The notes under the pieces: model-generated
The model's database searches: none
Told to the model about the DNA's origin: nothing
The model's input: the letters and a program-made list of their open reading frames with translations, nothing else
Program-made: the position numbers and the translations under genes
Shown: in pieces, positions 47,147 to 56,496 of the stretch
Numbering within the stretch: position 1 is the first letter of the stretch
Layout of the letters: each line of letters starts with the position of its first letter
From: a virus
Direction: 5' to 3' (one strand)
Virus record (IMG/VR): IMGVR_UViG_3300027244_000003
DNA: 64,000 bases

Positions 47147-47154
47147 TATAAATA
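47147..47154 (+). promoter_or_regulatory. Late promoter (TATAAATA)
   Basis: Exact T4 late consensus, intergenic. Confidence 0.75.
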
Positions 47155-47181
47155 AGATATAATACTATACAGATGGATTAA

Positions 47182-47931
47182 ATGAAAGATTACAAACAAT
47201 TATTAAAAGAACTCCCATCTAAAACGGTAGTTCTAGCCTGTGGTAAGTTTAACCCTCCAAACGTGGGTCATGAACTTATTGTAAAGGCTGTCAAAGCACT
47301 GGCTGAGCAACGTAGCGCAGACCACGTAATCTATGCATCCACTGTTAGCGATGCGAAAAAGAATCCACTATTAGTAGAAAAGAAACTTCAGTATTTGAAT
47401 CTGATTTTTCCTAAGACCAACTTTGTCGAATCTGAAAAGAATTTGGTAGATATCGTTAAGAGTCTAAAAGAAAACTATTCAAATATTATTTTAGTGACTG
47501 GCGCAGAAGTTCCACGAGCACTAAAGAAGTATAATGTTACTGTTATCAATACTGGAGAAAGCGATCCAGACGAATCTGAAACTATTCGTTCATTCGCTTC
47601 CAAGGGATTGTATGAACAGTTTAAGAAAGCACTACCATCATCTATTAGAGATCTTGATAGTCGTAGATTAATGAATGACATAAGAACTGGTCTTGGTTTA
47701 GATATAATCAAAGAGCAGATCAATCTAGTTAAAGACGATATTCGTGAGATGTATCACTCAGGTGAAATCTTTAATGTCGGAGAAGTTGTTGAGTCTAATG
47801 GTAAGAAGTATGAGATTGTTAAGCGTGGTTCAAACCATCTACTATTAAAAGAAGACTCTGGTAAATTAGTATCTAAATGGATACAAGATGTTAAAATAAT
47901 TACATTTAAAGAACATATAAAAAATGGATGA
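47182..47931 (+). CDS. Cytidylyltransferase-like (HxGH) protein
   Basis: GKFNPPNVGH, KKNPL...K, C-terminal beta domain (RGSNHL...W). Confidence 0.7.
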   Translation: MKDYKQLLKELPSKTVVLACGKFNPPNVGHELIVKAVKALAEQRSADHVIYASTVSDAKKNPLLVEKKLQYLNLIFPKTNFVESEKNLVDIVKSLKENYSNIILVTGAEVPRALKKYNVTVINTGESDPDESETIRSFASKGLYEQFKKALPSSIRDLDSRRLMNDIRTGLGLDIIKEQINLVKDDIREMYHSGEIFNVGEVVESNGKKYEIVKRGSNHLLLKEDSGKLVSKWIQDVKIITFKEHIKNG

Positions 47932-48370
47932 ACTAAAAACAGCAATCAAAGTCCTGTTGGCAAATACAACAGTGATGTACTATAAGGCTCATCAATTTCA
48001 TTGGAACATTGAGGGCATAGAGTTCACTCAATTCCACGAATTCTTTGGAGATCTGTATACTGATGTTTATAACTCAGTAGATCCAATTGGTGAACTGCTA
48101 CGTAAGTTAGATGATTATGCTCCAGTCAGTTTAGATGACCTGTTTAAGTATAAAACATTACAGGAAGAGACTACCAGAGTAGAACTTCTTTCTGATATTC
48201 TGGCTAGTCTTATCAAGGCAAATGACGAAGTCTTGGCTAGCCTAAATAAAGTGTTCACTATTGCAAATGCAGACAAACAACAAGGTATTTGTAATTTTAT
48301 TGCGGATAGAATAGATACACACCAGAAGCATGCATGGTTCTTACGTGCTTCTGCTAAGAAAATAGGATAA
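47924..48370 (+). CDS. dps: Dps/ferritin-like protein
   Basis: HWNIEG..F...H.FF..LY, D...E..R, H.K..W.L ferroxidase pattern. Confidence 0.88.
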   Translation: MDELKTAIKVLLANTTVMYYKAHQFHWNIEGIEFTQFHEFFGDLYTDVYNSVDPIGELLRKLDDYAPVSLDDLFKYKTLQEETTRVELLSDILASLIKANDEVLASLNKVFTIANADKQQGICNFIADRIDTHQKHAWFLRASAKKIG

Positions 48371-48373
48371 AAA

Positions 48374-49201
48374 ATGTTTTCATTTAAACAGCTAATAGAA
48401 GAAGCAAAGAAATCAGGATGCACCTGCTGGACTGGATATAAAAGAGTTCCAGGAACTAAACCATGCTCTGCTGATTCATGTATCAAAGAAAGCCAGCGTG
48501 GATTGTGGGACAACATCCATGCCAAACAAAAACGAATTAAAGCTGGTTCTGGCGAAAAGATGCGCAAGCCTGGAAGCGAAGGTGCTCCAACTGCAGCAGC
48601 ATTGAAAGCATCGCAAACGAATGAAGCAAAAGATAATAAAGAGTATGGTTACGAAGGTGACATGGCACTAAATCAATTGGCAACGCTAACACGTTGTGCT
48701 GATATGATTAAAGATCTACTAAAGCCAGACACTGATTTGCCAGAGTGGGTTCAATCTAAGATTACTCTTGCAACTGATTATATTCAGACTGCAGCTGACT
48801 ATTTGTACTCTGAGATGAAAGAAGATGTTGAAGCACAATTTGACCTTATTGAAGAGATGGTAAGTGATCTCGCTACTCAACATAACTTAGATCCAGAAAT
48901 GGTTTGGGAAAAGTTTGAGGAAGTTTCTGATGAAGAACTTTTCGAAGCTGCAGTTGATGCCAAAGGTCATAAATCTTCCACTGGTGGTTTGACTCAAAAA
49001 GGTCGTGATGCATACAATGCCAAGGGTGCTAATTTACAAGCACCCGTGACAACACCTCCATCAGAATTAAAAGCTGGTAGCAAAGCAGCTAATCGTCGTA
49101 AGTCTTTCTGTGCTAGAATGGGTGGCATGGAAGGCGCAATGAAGAAACCAAATGGCGAGCCTACTCGTAAGGCACTCGCACTAAGAAAGTGGAACTGCTA
49201 A
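48374..49201 (+). CDS. Mosaic hypothetical protein, probable virion internal protein
   Basis: Short modules CW.GY, GLW.NIHAK, EWVQSKI and GGL..KGR...RRKSFCARM, separated by IEE/IKE/NE/FE linkers. Confidence 0.6.
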   Translation: MFSFKQLIEEAKKSGCTCWTGYKRVPGTKPCSADSCIKESQRGLWDNIHAKQKRIKAGSGEKMRKPGSEGAPTAAALKASQTNEAKDNKEYGYEGDMALNQLATLTRCADMIKDLLKPDTDLPEWVQSKITLATDYIQTAADYLYSEMKEDVEAQFDLIEEMVSDLATQHNLDPEMVWEKFEEVSDEELFEAAVDAKGHKSSTGGLTQKGRDAYNAKGANLQAPVTTPPSELKAGSKAANRRKSFCARMGGMEGAMKKPNGEPTRKALALRKWNC

Positions 49202-50439
49202 TGAAATCATTTTTAACATATTTAAAAGAAGAAAAAGATGCACTTGGCCATGGCTCAGATGCTGGTGATAAACTAAAGCACATTACTCATGCTGAGGATC
49301 GTCCATTGATGCATGGGCATGAAGGTTTTGAGCATGCACATGGTGCATTAATGTCTGCTCATGAGCACACAAAGGCTGGAAATAATAGTAGTAAATTAAC
49401 GATGAAGTTTGATGGTTCACCTTCAGTTGTTTTTGGACATCACCCAAGTAATGGTAAATTCTTTGTTGGAACAAAAGGTGCTTTCAATAAAGATCCAAAG
49501 ATTAATCATACAGAAGCTGACATCGATAAGAATCATGGTCATGCTCCAGGTCTAGCCACTAAACTAAAAGCAGCACTACAACATCTACCAAAAGTGACAC
49601 CAAAGAAAGGTGTTTACCAAGGTGACATCATGCATTCTGAGGGTGATGTTGAACATGATAAAAAAGCAGGCACTGCTAAGTTTACTCCAAATACAATCTC
49701 TTATACTGCTAAAGGCGATGAAGCAAAGAAAGCAGCTGAATCTAAATTCGGTGTTGCTGTTCATCAAAAGTATGAACACAAAGAAGGTGCTGATAAGAAA
49801 TCTTTAGAATCAATGCATGTAACTCCACATCCTGATAATCATAACTTCGGTGATCATAAAGACGTGCATCTTAAGACTGCTAATCATGATACTTCTAAAG
49901 TAGATTACCCTAAAGAAGCGCAAGACCAATTTCACAAACACATGGCTGCTGCCAAAGAAATTCATGATACTCATGGTCACAAGATGTATGATGCTGTTCA
50001 TCCTGCTCATAGTGGTGATTCTGGTCATTTGGCTTCTTACATTAATCATACAGTTAAAACAGATACAGTTCCAACTGCTGAAGGTTTACAAGCCCATGTT
50101 ACTGCTCACTACGAAAAGAAAGCAGCTGGTGTTAAGTCTGATGCTGCAAAGGCAAAACATACAGGCGAAGGTGCTGCACAAGTAGCGCATATCGAAAAGA
50201 ATAAGTCTCACTACGATAATCTATTGAATATGCATATTCACTTGGCAAAAGCAAAAGATACATTAGTTAAAAGTTTAAATACTCATACTGGTGGATTAGA
50301 TCATCACATTGGTGATAACAAAACAGATCCAGAAGGATTTGTTATTAATCATGAGCACAATGGAAAAGAAGAGCCAACTAAATTAGTTAATCGTAAAGAG
50401 TTTAGTAAAGCCAACCTATTAAAAGTATACAAAAAATGA
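49201..50439 (+). CDS. His-rich protein with polynucleotide-ligase-like motifs
   Basis: KFDG (KxDG), YQGD, EGFVI, KLV.R.EFS.AN. Confidence 0.6.
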   Translation: MKSFLTYLKEEKDALGHGSDAGDKLKHITHAEDRPLMHGHEGFEHAHGALMSAHEHTKAGNNSSKLTMKFDGSPSVVFGHHPSNGKFFVGTKGAFNKDPKINHTEADIDKNHGHAPGLATKLKAALQHLPKVTPKKGVYQGDIMHSEGDVEHDKKAGTAKFTPNTISYTAKGDEAKKAAESKFGVAVHQKYEHKEGADKKSLESMHVTPHPDNHNFGDHKDVHLKTANHDTSKVDYPKEAQDQFHKHMAAAKEIHDTHGHKMYDAVHPAHSGDSGHLASYINHTVKTDTVPTAEGLQAHVTAHYEKKAAGVKSDAAKAKHTGEGAAQVAHIEKNKSHYDNLLNMHIHLAKAKDTLVKSLNTHTGGLDHHIGDNKTDPEGFVINHEHNGKEEPTKLVNRKEFSKANLLKVYKK

Positions 50440-53400
50440 TTACATTTAAAGAAGCCAAAGATGCGGGTGGCCATGGGTCTGAAAAGCACCATGCCATGGT
50501 ATTCGGTCGCATGAATCCAGTAACTTCTGGTCATGAAGCTGTTGTTAAAAAGATGCATGATGTTGCCAAAGAACATGGTGCTGGTCATTCTTTAATTGTT
50601 TCTCACAGTCAAGATGCTAAAAAGAATCCTCTTTCAGCAGATCAAAAAGTTAATCATGCAAAGAATGCATTTCCAGGAACTAATGTATCTTCTTCTAGCA
50701 AAGAAAAACCAACTATCTTACATCATGCTGCAGAGTTACACAAACAAGGTGTGACACACCTGCATGTAGTTGCTGGTTCTGATCGTCATAAAGATATGCA
50801 TGATCTACTACATAAGTATAATGGTCAAGATTCTGGTCATGGTCATTACAATTTTAAAAAGATAACAGTACATTCTTCTGGTGAGAGAGATCCAGATGCC
50901 GAAGGTACTGAAGGAATGTCGGCAAGTAAAATGCGTGAGCATGCAGCATCTGGTAATAAAGCAGAGTTTCATAAAGGAACTCCTTCATCAATGAAACCAG
51001 AACATAAAGATGCTATGTACAATGATGTGCGTAAAGGTATGGGTATTAAAGAAGAACTTAAAACATACAAAGAACTTATGGAAGACAGTTATCTAACTAA
51101 ACTTATTTCTCGTCATAGACGTGGAGAGAAACTAGCAGCAAATGAACAAGAATTAGTTGCATCTTCTTTAAAGAGAAGTAAGATTTATGGTAAGTCTAAA
51201 AATGCAATTAGTTCTGAAGTTAAAGAAGAGCTAGAAGAGTCTGTTTCTGAGTTAAACAAACATATCTCTGATTTCTCTAAAGGTGTTAAATCTTCATCTG
51301 CAAAACAAAGCACATACAAACGTGATAATAAAGCAATTCATAATATGAAGCATGTTGAAACAGATTCAGATCACCAAGCAGTCTTTAAACATCTACAAAA
51401 GATGGGTTACAAAAAGACTTCTGGTTACGATTCAAAACCAAATGAGTTTGACATGCATCACAATCGTGAAGAGATGACATCAAAGAGTGATCCAGTTCAT
51501 CATTCATCTGGTGTTTCAGCTCATGTCGAAAAAGAACATGGTGGTAAGACTAAAGTTCACTTCACGCATCGTCATATTAAAGAAGAAGTTGAACAGATCG
51601 ATGAACTATCCACAGATCTATTAGCAAGATATAAAAAAGCTGCAGGTGCTTCTGCTAAAGCAGCAGATGCTTCTGGTAACTATGCCAAGGGCGACAAGCG
51701 TTTTAAAGGCATAAACAAAGCAACAAACAAACAGTTTGACAATGATCTAAAGAAACATAATCAAGTCAAAGAAGAAACTCTCGATCAACAAGCTGATCGT
51801 GTAAAACAATTGAAGAAGTTTAAAGACATGATGGCTGGTATGAAGTTAGACGAAGTGAAGACTGGTAATCCAGGATATGGTTATCATGGCCAACACCAAA
51901 CAACACATAATGGTGATGAGGCATATGAAAAGATTCATGCTCATGTTAAAAGTTTAACTGATAGTGATGACAAAACTGTAAAGCATTATCTTGATTCTGC
52001 ACATGGTCGCCATCTAGTTGGACATGAAGATGATCATGAACACATTAAAAAAGACTTTAAGAAATTTAGTAAATATTATCGTCCAGCGATGCATGAAGAA
52101 CTTGAATTAGAAGAATCATTCGAAGACGCTGATAAACATCTTGCATTAGCAGACAAAGCCCAACGCAATAAGGATATGTTCTCTCACCATATGCACATGG
52201 CAGACTATCATGGATCATTGGCTGATTGGCATGATTCGAAGGGTAGAAGTAGTGCTGGTGATCGTCATTTGGATAAAGCAGCAGACCATGAAGAACTAGC
52301 ACATGCTATAAAGAAAAAGTCTGTTAGTGAAGGAACTCTGCAACCATCAGGTACAGATAAAATAGAAACGGCTGGCAGTCCAGTGTCAGATATTGGAACA
52401 CAAAAATTAAAGGTAACCAAAGTGAAATCATTTAAATTTTTTACAGCTGAACAAGTTCAGCCAATTCAAGAAGCATCAGTCAAATCTGAGAAACATAGCT
52501 GGGGTAAAATGATGACTGTTCATCATGGAGCCAGCCATTCATATCCTTTACATCCAGAACATCAAGAAGCAATCAGAAATTTGAAACATGGTGAAAAAAC
52601 TTCTTTCAAAGATGAAACTGGTGCTAAAGTAAATGTACATCGTGATGTTCAAGATGTTCACTTCACTTCTAACAAGACAGCTACTAAGACTACAGTTCCT
52701 CATAGTCATTTTAGCGAAGAAAATGAATTAGATGAAAAACTAATTGGTAAACAAAAGAACATAGACAAGAACAAGAATGGTAAAGTCGATGCTCAAGATT
52801 TTAAGATTCTACAAAAAGAAAATGCACCAGTCGCTCCAGTTCCAGATAAGAAATACATCAAAGGTACTCCAGAGAACAAAGCATTGAAAGCATCACGTAA
52901 ACCAATCAATGGTATGCCAACGAATGTAAAAGAAGAAGTTACAGAAGCACTCAATGATAATTTACATCCAGCAGGTGCTGCATTACTAAAACATATTAAA
53001 CCAGAACACCATAATAAATATAAAGAACATCTAACTACTGATGTATTTACTGGATCATATAAAGATCGTTCAGATGTTTTAACTACTGCTAAAAATGCTG
53101 GCCATCTAAAAGAAAACTCTAAACAAGAAGATCCTCCTTTTGATGGTCCATACAAATCTACTTTCAAGAAACCAAATAATCCAAGTCGTTCAGGTATGGA
53201 TTCAGCACGTGCATTAGCACAACGTGCCATGGGTAAGGTTAAAGAAAAAGCCATTAAAGAAGATAACGAACAACTCGATGAAGTTAATCATCGTGATTTT
53301 GCTTCACAAGGTAAGATGCACCCAGACATGGCCAAGCATATGAAGACTGGCCAAGAGATGGACTTCTATCATTCTAAGACTGGTGACAAGATCTCTGGAA

Positions 53401-53837
53401 TTGTTAAACACAACAGCGGATCTGAAGTGCACGTTAAAGCACATAAAGATGGTAAAGTTGGTGCAGGTGAAGTCCACAAATTTAATGTTACATCTAAATT
53501 AGATGAAGCAGCACCACTTAAAAAGATTGATCATGTAAACCTTCCAGGTGAAGCACCACATGAAGAAAAATGGGAACCAGCTAAGAAGAAAATGGTTAAG
53601 AAAGAATCATTATCATTCTCTGATTTCTTAAATCGTATAGATGAAATTAAAATGGCAGATCTGCCATCTCGTAAAGTTCAAGGTCGTTCTTATGGTGCAG
53701 ACTATGAAGATCCAGCTGGAGCATTCGAGACAAAAGACGATATGAAAAAAGCAGAGCCAAAAAAGGCTGGGCGAAAAGTGGGGCAAAAGGTTGGTGCAAG
53801 AGCCAATCTCGGAAATTCTAAATTGCATCAAGCATAA
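50436..53837 (+). CDS. Large His-rich protein: N-terminal cytidylyltransferase-like domain plus many short modules
   Basis: FGRMNPVTSGH, VAGSDR, MSASKMR, then modules bounded by (I/L/V)xE linkers. Confidence 0.7.
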   Translation: MITFKEAKDAGGHGSEKHHAMVFGRMNPVTSGHEAVVKKMHDVAKEHGAGHSLIVSHSQDAKKNPLSADQKVNHAKNAFPGTNVSSSSKEKPTILHHAAELHKQGVTHLHVVAGSDRHKDMHDLLHKYNGQDSGHGHYNFKKITVHSSGERDPDAEGTEGMSASKMREHAASGNKAEFHKGTPSSMKPEHKDAMYNDVRKGMGIKEELKTYKELMEDSYLTKLISRHRRGEKLAANEQELVASSLKRSKIYGKSKNAISSEVKEELEESVSELNKHISDFSKGVKSSSAKQSTYKRDNKAIHNMKHVETDSDHQAVFKHLQKMGYKKTSGYDSKPNEFDMHHNREEMTSKSDPVHHSSGVSAHVEKEHGGKTKVHFTHRHIKEEVEQIDELSTDLLARYKKAAGASAKAADASGNYAKGDKRFKGINKATNKQFDNDLKKHNQVKEETLDQQADRVKQLKKFKDMMAGMKLDEVKTGNPGYGYHGQHQTTHNGDEAYEKIHAHVKSLTDSDDKTVKHYLDSAHGRHLVGHEDDHEHIKKDFKKFSKYYRPAMHEELELEESFEDADKHLALADKAQRNKDMFSHHMHMADYHGSLADWHDSKGRSSAGDRHLDKAADHEELAHAIKKKSVSEGTLQPSGTDKIETAGSPVSDIGTQKLKVTKVKSFKFFTAEQVQPIQEASVKSEKHSWGKMMTVHHGASHSYPLHPEHQEAIRNLKHGEKTSFKDETGAKVNVHRDVQDVHFTSNKTATKTTVPHSHFSEENELDEKLIGKQKNIDKNKNGKVDAQDFKILQKENAPVAPVPDKKYIKGTPENKALKASRKPINGMPTNVKEEVTEALNDNLHPAGAALLKHIKPEHHNKYKEHLTTDVFTGSYKDRSDVLTTAKNAGHLKENSKQEDPPFDGPYKSTFKKPNNPSRSGMDSARALAQRAMGKVKEKAIKEDNEQLDEVNHRDFASQGKMHPDMAKHMKTGQEMDFYHSKTGDKISGIVKHNSGSEVHVKAHKDGKVGAGEVHKFNVTSKLDEAAPLKKIDHVNLPGEAPHEEKWEPAKKKMVKKESLSFSDFLNRIDEIKMADLPSRKVQGRSYGADYEDPAGAFETKDDMKKAEPKKAGRKVGQKVGARANLGNSKLHQA

Positions 53838-53840
53838 ATA
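53833..53840 (+). promoter_or_regulatory. Late promoter (CATAAATA)
   Basis: TAAATA core upstream of a structural-type gene; another at 54391-54398. Confidence 0.55.
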
Positions 53841-53867
53841 ATAATAGTCCAATCTAAGGAGAACAAC

Positions 53868-54392
53868 ATGGCACTATGGGGAAATATCGATTCGGCAGCA
53901 CCATCTGCTGGTACAACAGTTAGCGTAACAAATGCTAGCACTGCTGTTACTGGTGTTAGCACTGCATTCTTAACAGACTTATCAGTGGGTGATGTTCTTA
54001 TGATCACTTCTGGTACTACTACTAAAAATCGTGTTGCAGCTATCGCTTCCGACACAGCATTGACTTTGGCTGATAACTTTACTGGCACTACTGCAGCAAC
54101 TCTAGCAATTGCTAACGTAAAGATTCAGAAAGCACCTAAGTTTGTTTATCAAGATTCTAACCAAACTAGTGGTAAGACTTCTTTGGATCAAACATTCTTT
54201 GTTGACTCTACTGAAGCAACTATCGCTTCTAACAAAGCGAAAGGTATTACACATTCAGGCTGGTGGAGAGTTAAAACATATACTGACTCTGCAAGCGCAA
54301 CACGTTATAAAGCAGTTTGCTTAGTTGCTATGGGAACTGCGGTTGGTGTATCATCTGATGCTGCTGACGATGCGACTGTAGCAGACGCATAA
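53868..54392 (+). CDS. Putative virion structural/decoration protein
   Basis: MALWG start, Ala/Thr-rich, G.TH.GW motif; AAGG SD. Confidence 0.65.
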   Translation: MALWGNIDSAAPSAGTTVSVTNASTAVTGVSTAFLTDLSVGDVLMITSGTTTKNRVAAIASDTALTLADNFTGTTAATLAIANVKIQKAPKFVYQDSNQTSGKTSLDQTFFVDSTEATIASNKAKGITHSGWWRVKTYTDSASATRYKAVCLVAMGTAVGVSSDAADDATVADA

Positions 54393-54411
54393 TAAATACA
54401 TTATGTATGTA

Positions 54412-54443
54412 AGATGGGGAGGTTTTCTCCCCATCTCTTTCTT
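54412..54443 (+). terminator. Hairpin/terminator
   Basis: agatggggag-gtttt-ctccccatct followed by ctttctt. Confidence 0.7.
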
Positions 54444-54457
54444 GAAGGTATTATGGT

Positions 54458-54835
54458 GTGAATGAAAAATTAACTGAAGCGAATTTCTTAGTATATGCAA
54501 TGCATCATTATGACAATCCACAATGTCACAGTCTGCAAGAATTTGAAGAAGATTTAAAAAAGATCCTCTATCTTAAAAAATTATTATCTCGTTATAAGAA
54601 TAATAATGAATTGAGAGAACGATTGATATTAAACCATATTATTGTTCTTTACAATATTTTTGGCGAAGCAACAATAAAGATGTTGTTTTTTAAGATAGAA
54701 GAATCTTGCTGGGATTCACTGATTACATTTTTAGTATATCTTGATCGTATGCCTGAAACTATTCCAGAATATGGAATCATACTTTCTGATGTTACATTAG
54801 ATGAGTATATCATCGCAAATTTAAGGAAACTCTAA
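54458..54835 (+). CDS. Conserved T4-like hypothetical protein
   Basis: A..HYDNPQC, EF.EDL, ERLILNHII.LYN.FG. Confidence 0.75.
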   Translation: MNEKLTEANFLVYAMHHYDNPQCHSLQEFEEDLKKILYLKKLLSRYKNNNELRERLILNHIIVLYNIFGEATIKMLFFKIEESCWDSLITFLVYLDRMPETIPEYGIILSDVTLDEYIIANLRKL

Positions 54836-55356
54836 TGAGTCGCATTGTAGACAACATGATTGCTTATAGAATTGTTCGCATGCTTGTGACAGATTTCCCA
54901 CAAACAGATGCGTTCAGACTAGGCATTATCGATGCCCATGGCAATGCAATTAAGCGTTCAAGTATGCTTAATACAGATCAAGAGAAAAACTCTTATACTT
55001 ATTTGCATCGTTTAGTTTTCAATATGAAGAAGTTGATCAATAGACTTGGTGGAGAGAATAAGTTAAAGAGTATGGCTGCAGCATTGTGGTTGATCAGAGA
55101 GTATTATGAAAGTGGTTCTAGAACTACATCTAATATGGAAACCAAGTATAAGAATTTGATCGAAACATTAAACCACAATGTTATTCTTGTTGAAGAAGAA
55201 ATTCTTATCAAGAAAGTTTTAGCAGAAGATGCGCCAGCTAATGCAACTGGTGCTGCAGTTTCTACAAATGAACCAAAGATTGAACCAAAGAGCAAAAAGA
55301 AACCTATCATGGGTATGGCTCGCAGACCAGCACTAGCAGTTAAAGAGGTTTGTTAA
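54835..55356 (+). CDS. Conserved T4-like hypothetical protein
   Basis: AF.LGIID..G, HRLVFN.K, AAAL.LI.E. Confidence 0.7.
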   Translation: MSRIVDNMIAYRIVRMLVTDFPQTDAFRLGIIDAHGNAIKRSSMLNTDQEKNSYTYLHRLVFNMKKLINRLGGENKLKSMAAALWLIREYYESGSRTTSNMETKYKNLIETLNHNVILVEEEILIKKVLAEDAPANATGAAVSTNEPKIEPKSKKKPIMGMARRPALAVKEVC

Positions 55357-55800
55357 ATGTGGATGCTGTCATTTGTACCTGATGCGGTACTCCATTTAGT
55401 TGTCTTTGGTATTATGATTACGGGCATAGGCATCTATGCCCTTAGTTTTTTTACAAGATTTATTCCACCACTAATTCCATATTCTGGAATTGCTAGAATT
55501 GTTGGAACTATTCTTATGATTAGCGGTGTTTATTTCTATGGAAGTTACGCCACTGAAATGTCATGGAGAAATAAAGTATCTGAGTTAGAGACTAAAGTTG
55601 CTGCTTCTGAAGCCGAATCTAAGAAGACCAATATTCAAATACAAAAAGTATACATAGACAAAGTTAAGATAGTAAAAGAAACGCAAGTAGTAATACAAGA
55701 ACGAATTAAAGAAGTTGAGAAGCGCATTGACTCACAATGTACTGTTGATACTGAAGTTATTAATATCCTCAATGAAGCTGCAAAGAGGAAAGCGAAATGA
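55357..55800 (+). CDS. Inner-membrane spanin (Rz-like)
   Basis: N-terminal TM helices plus coiled coil with a C-terminal Cys; overlaps a lipoprotein gene. Confidence 0.7.
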   Translation: MWMLSFVPDAVLHLVVFGIMITGIGIYALSFFTRFIPPLIPYSGIARIVGTILMISGVYFYGSYATEMSWRNKVSELETKVAASEAESKKTNIQIQKVYIDKVKIVKETQVVIQERIKEVEKRIDSQCTVDTEVINILNEAAKRKAK

Positions 55801-56057
55801 AACTGTTATTGATTGTTCCTGTATTATTATTAACTGGGTGTTTAGCGACACCAGTACAGAGAAGTTTTCCTGATGTTCCTGAAGAACTAAAGGTAGCTTG
55901 TCCAGATTTGATGTTACTCGAGCCGACAACGAAACTAAGTGAAGTAGTTTCTGTTGTTTCCAAAAACTACGGTCAGTATCAAGAATGTCAGATTAAAGTA
56001 GACACTTGGATTGAATGGTATAAAACACAAAAACAAATATTCGAGAGTGTCAAATAA
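55797..56057 (+). CDS. Outer-membrane spanin lipoprotein (Rz1-like)
   Basis: Lipobox LLTG-C; P..L...C and NY..Y.EC. Confidence 0.75.
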   Translation: MKLLLIVPVLLLTGCLATPVQRSFPDVPEELKVACPDLMLLEPTTKLSEVVSVVSKNYGQYQECQIKVDTWIEWYKTQKQIFESVK

Positions 56058-56058
56058 C

Positions 56059-56493
56059 ATGGAAAATCTACCACAGGAAAGAATAGCCAAATTGGAAGCA
56101 CAAGTTGAAGGTATTAAGAGTGATGTTGCTGATGTAAAGCAAGACATCAAAGAACTACACTCACGTGTTACAACAGTAACTAGAGAGATAACAGATCACG
56201 TTGATACTAAGTTCGATAATCTAATTGCACGCTCTAATACACATGAAATTAAGGATGTAAAAATTGAGCAAAAACTAGATGCAATGATTGTCTGCATTGA
56301 GTCGATCAAAGCTGGAGTTGCCGAAGTGCATGAATGTTTAGATCGCACTGGCACCAGTCTAGATGACAAGTTAGAAAAGTTAAAAGAACGCATAGGGATA
56401 CTTGAGAAATGGCGTTACATGATTGTGGGTGGCGCAATTGCACTTGGTTATCTAGTAGGTCATCTGGATTTCTTTGCAAAATTCCTGAACTAA
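56059..56493 (+). CDS. Coiled-coil protein with C-terminal TM helix
   Basis: Heptad repeats, then LEKWRYMIVGGAIALGYL. Confidence 0.6.
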   Translation: MENLPQERIAKLEAQVEGIKSDVADVKQDIKELHSRVTTVTREITDHVDTKFDNLIARSNTHEIKDVKIEQKLDAMIVCIESIKAGVAEVHECLDRTGTSLDDKLEKLKERIGILEKWRYMIVGGAIALGYLVGHLDFFAKFLN

Positions 56494-56496
56494 TAT

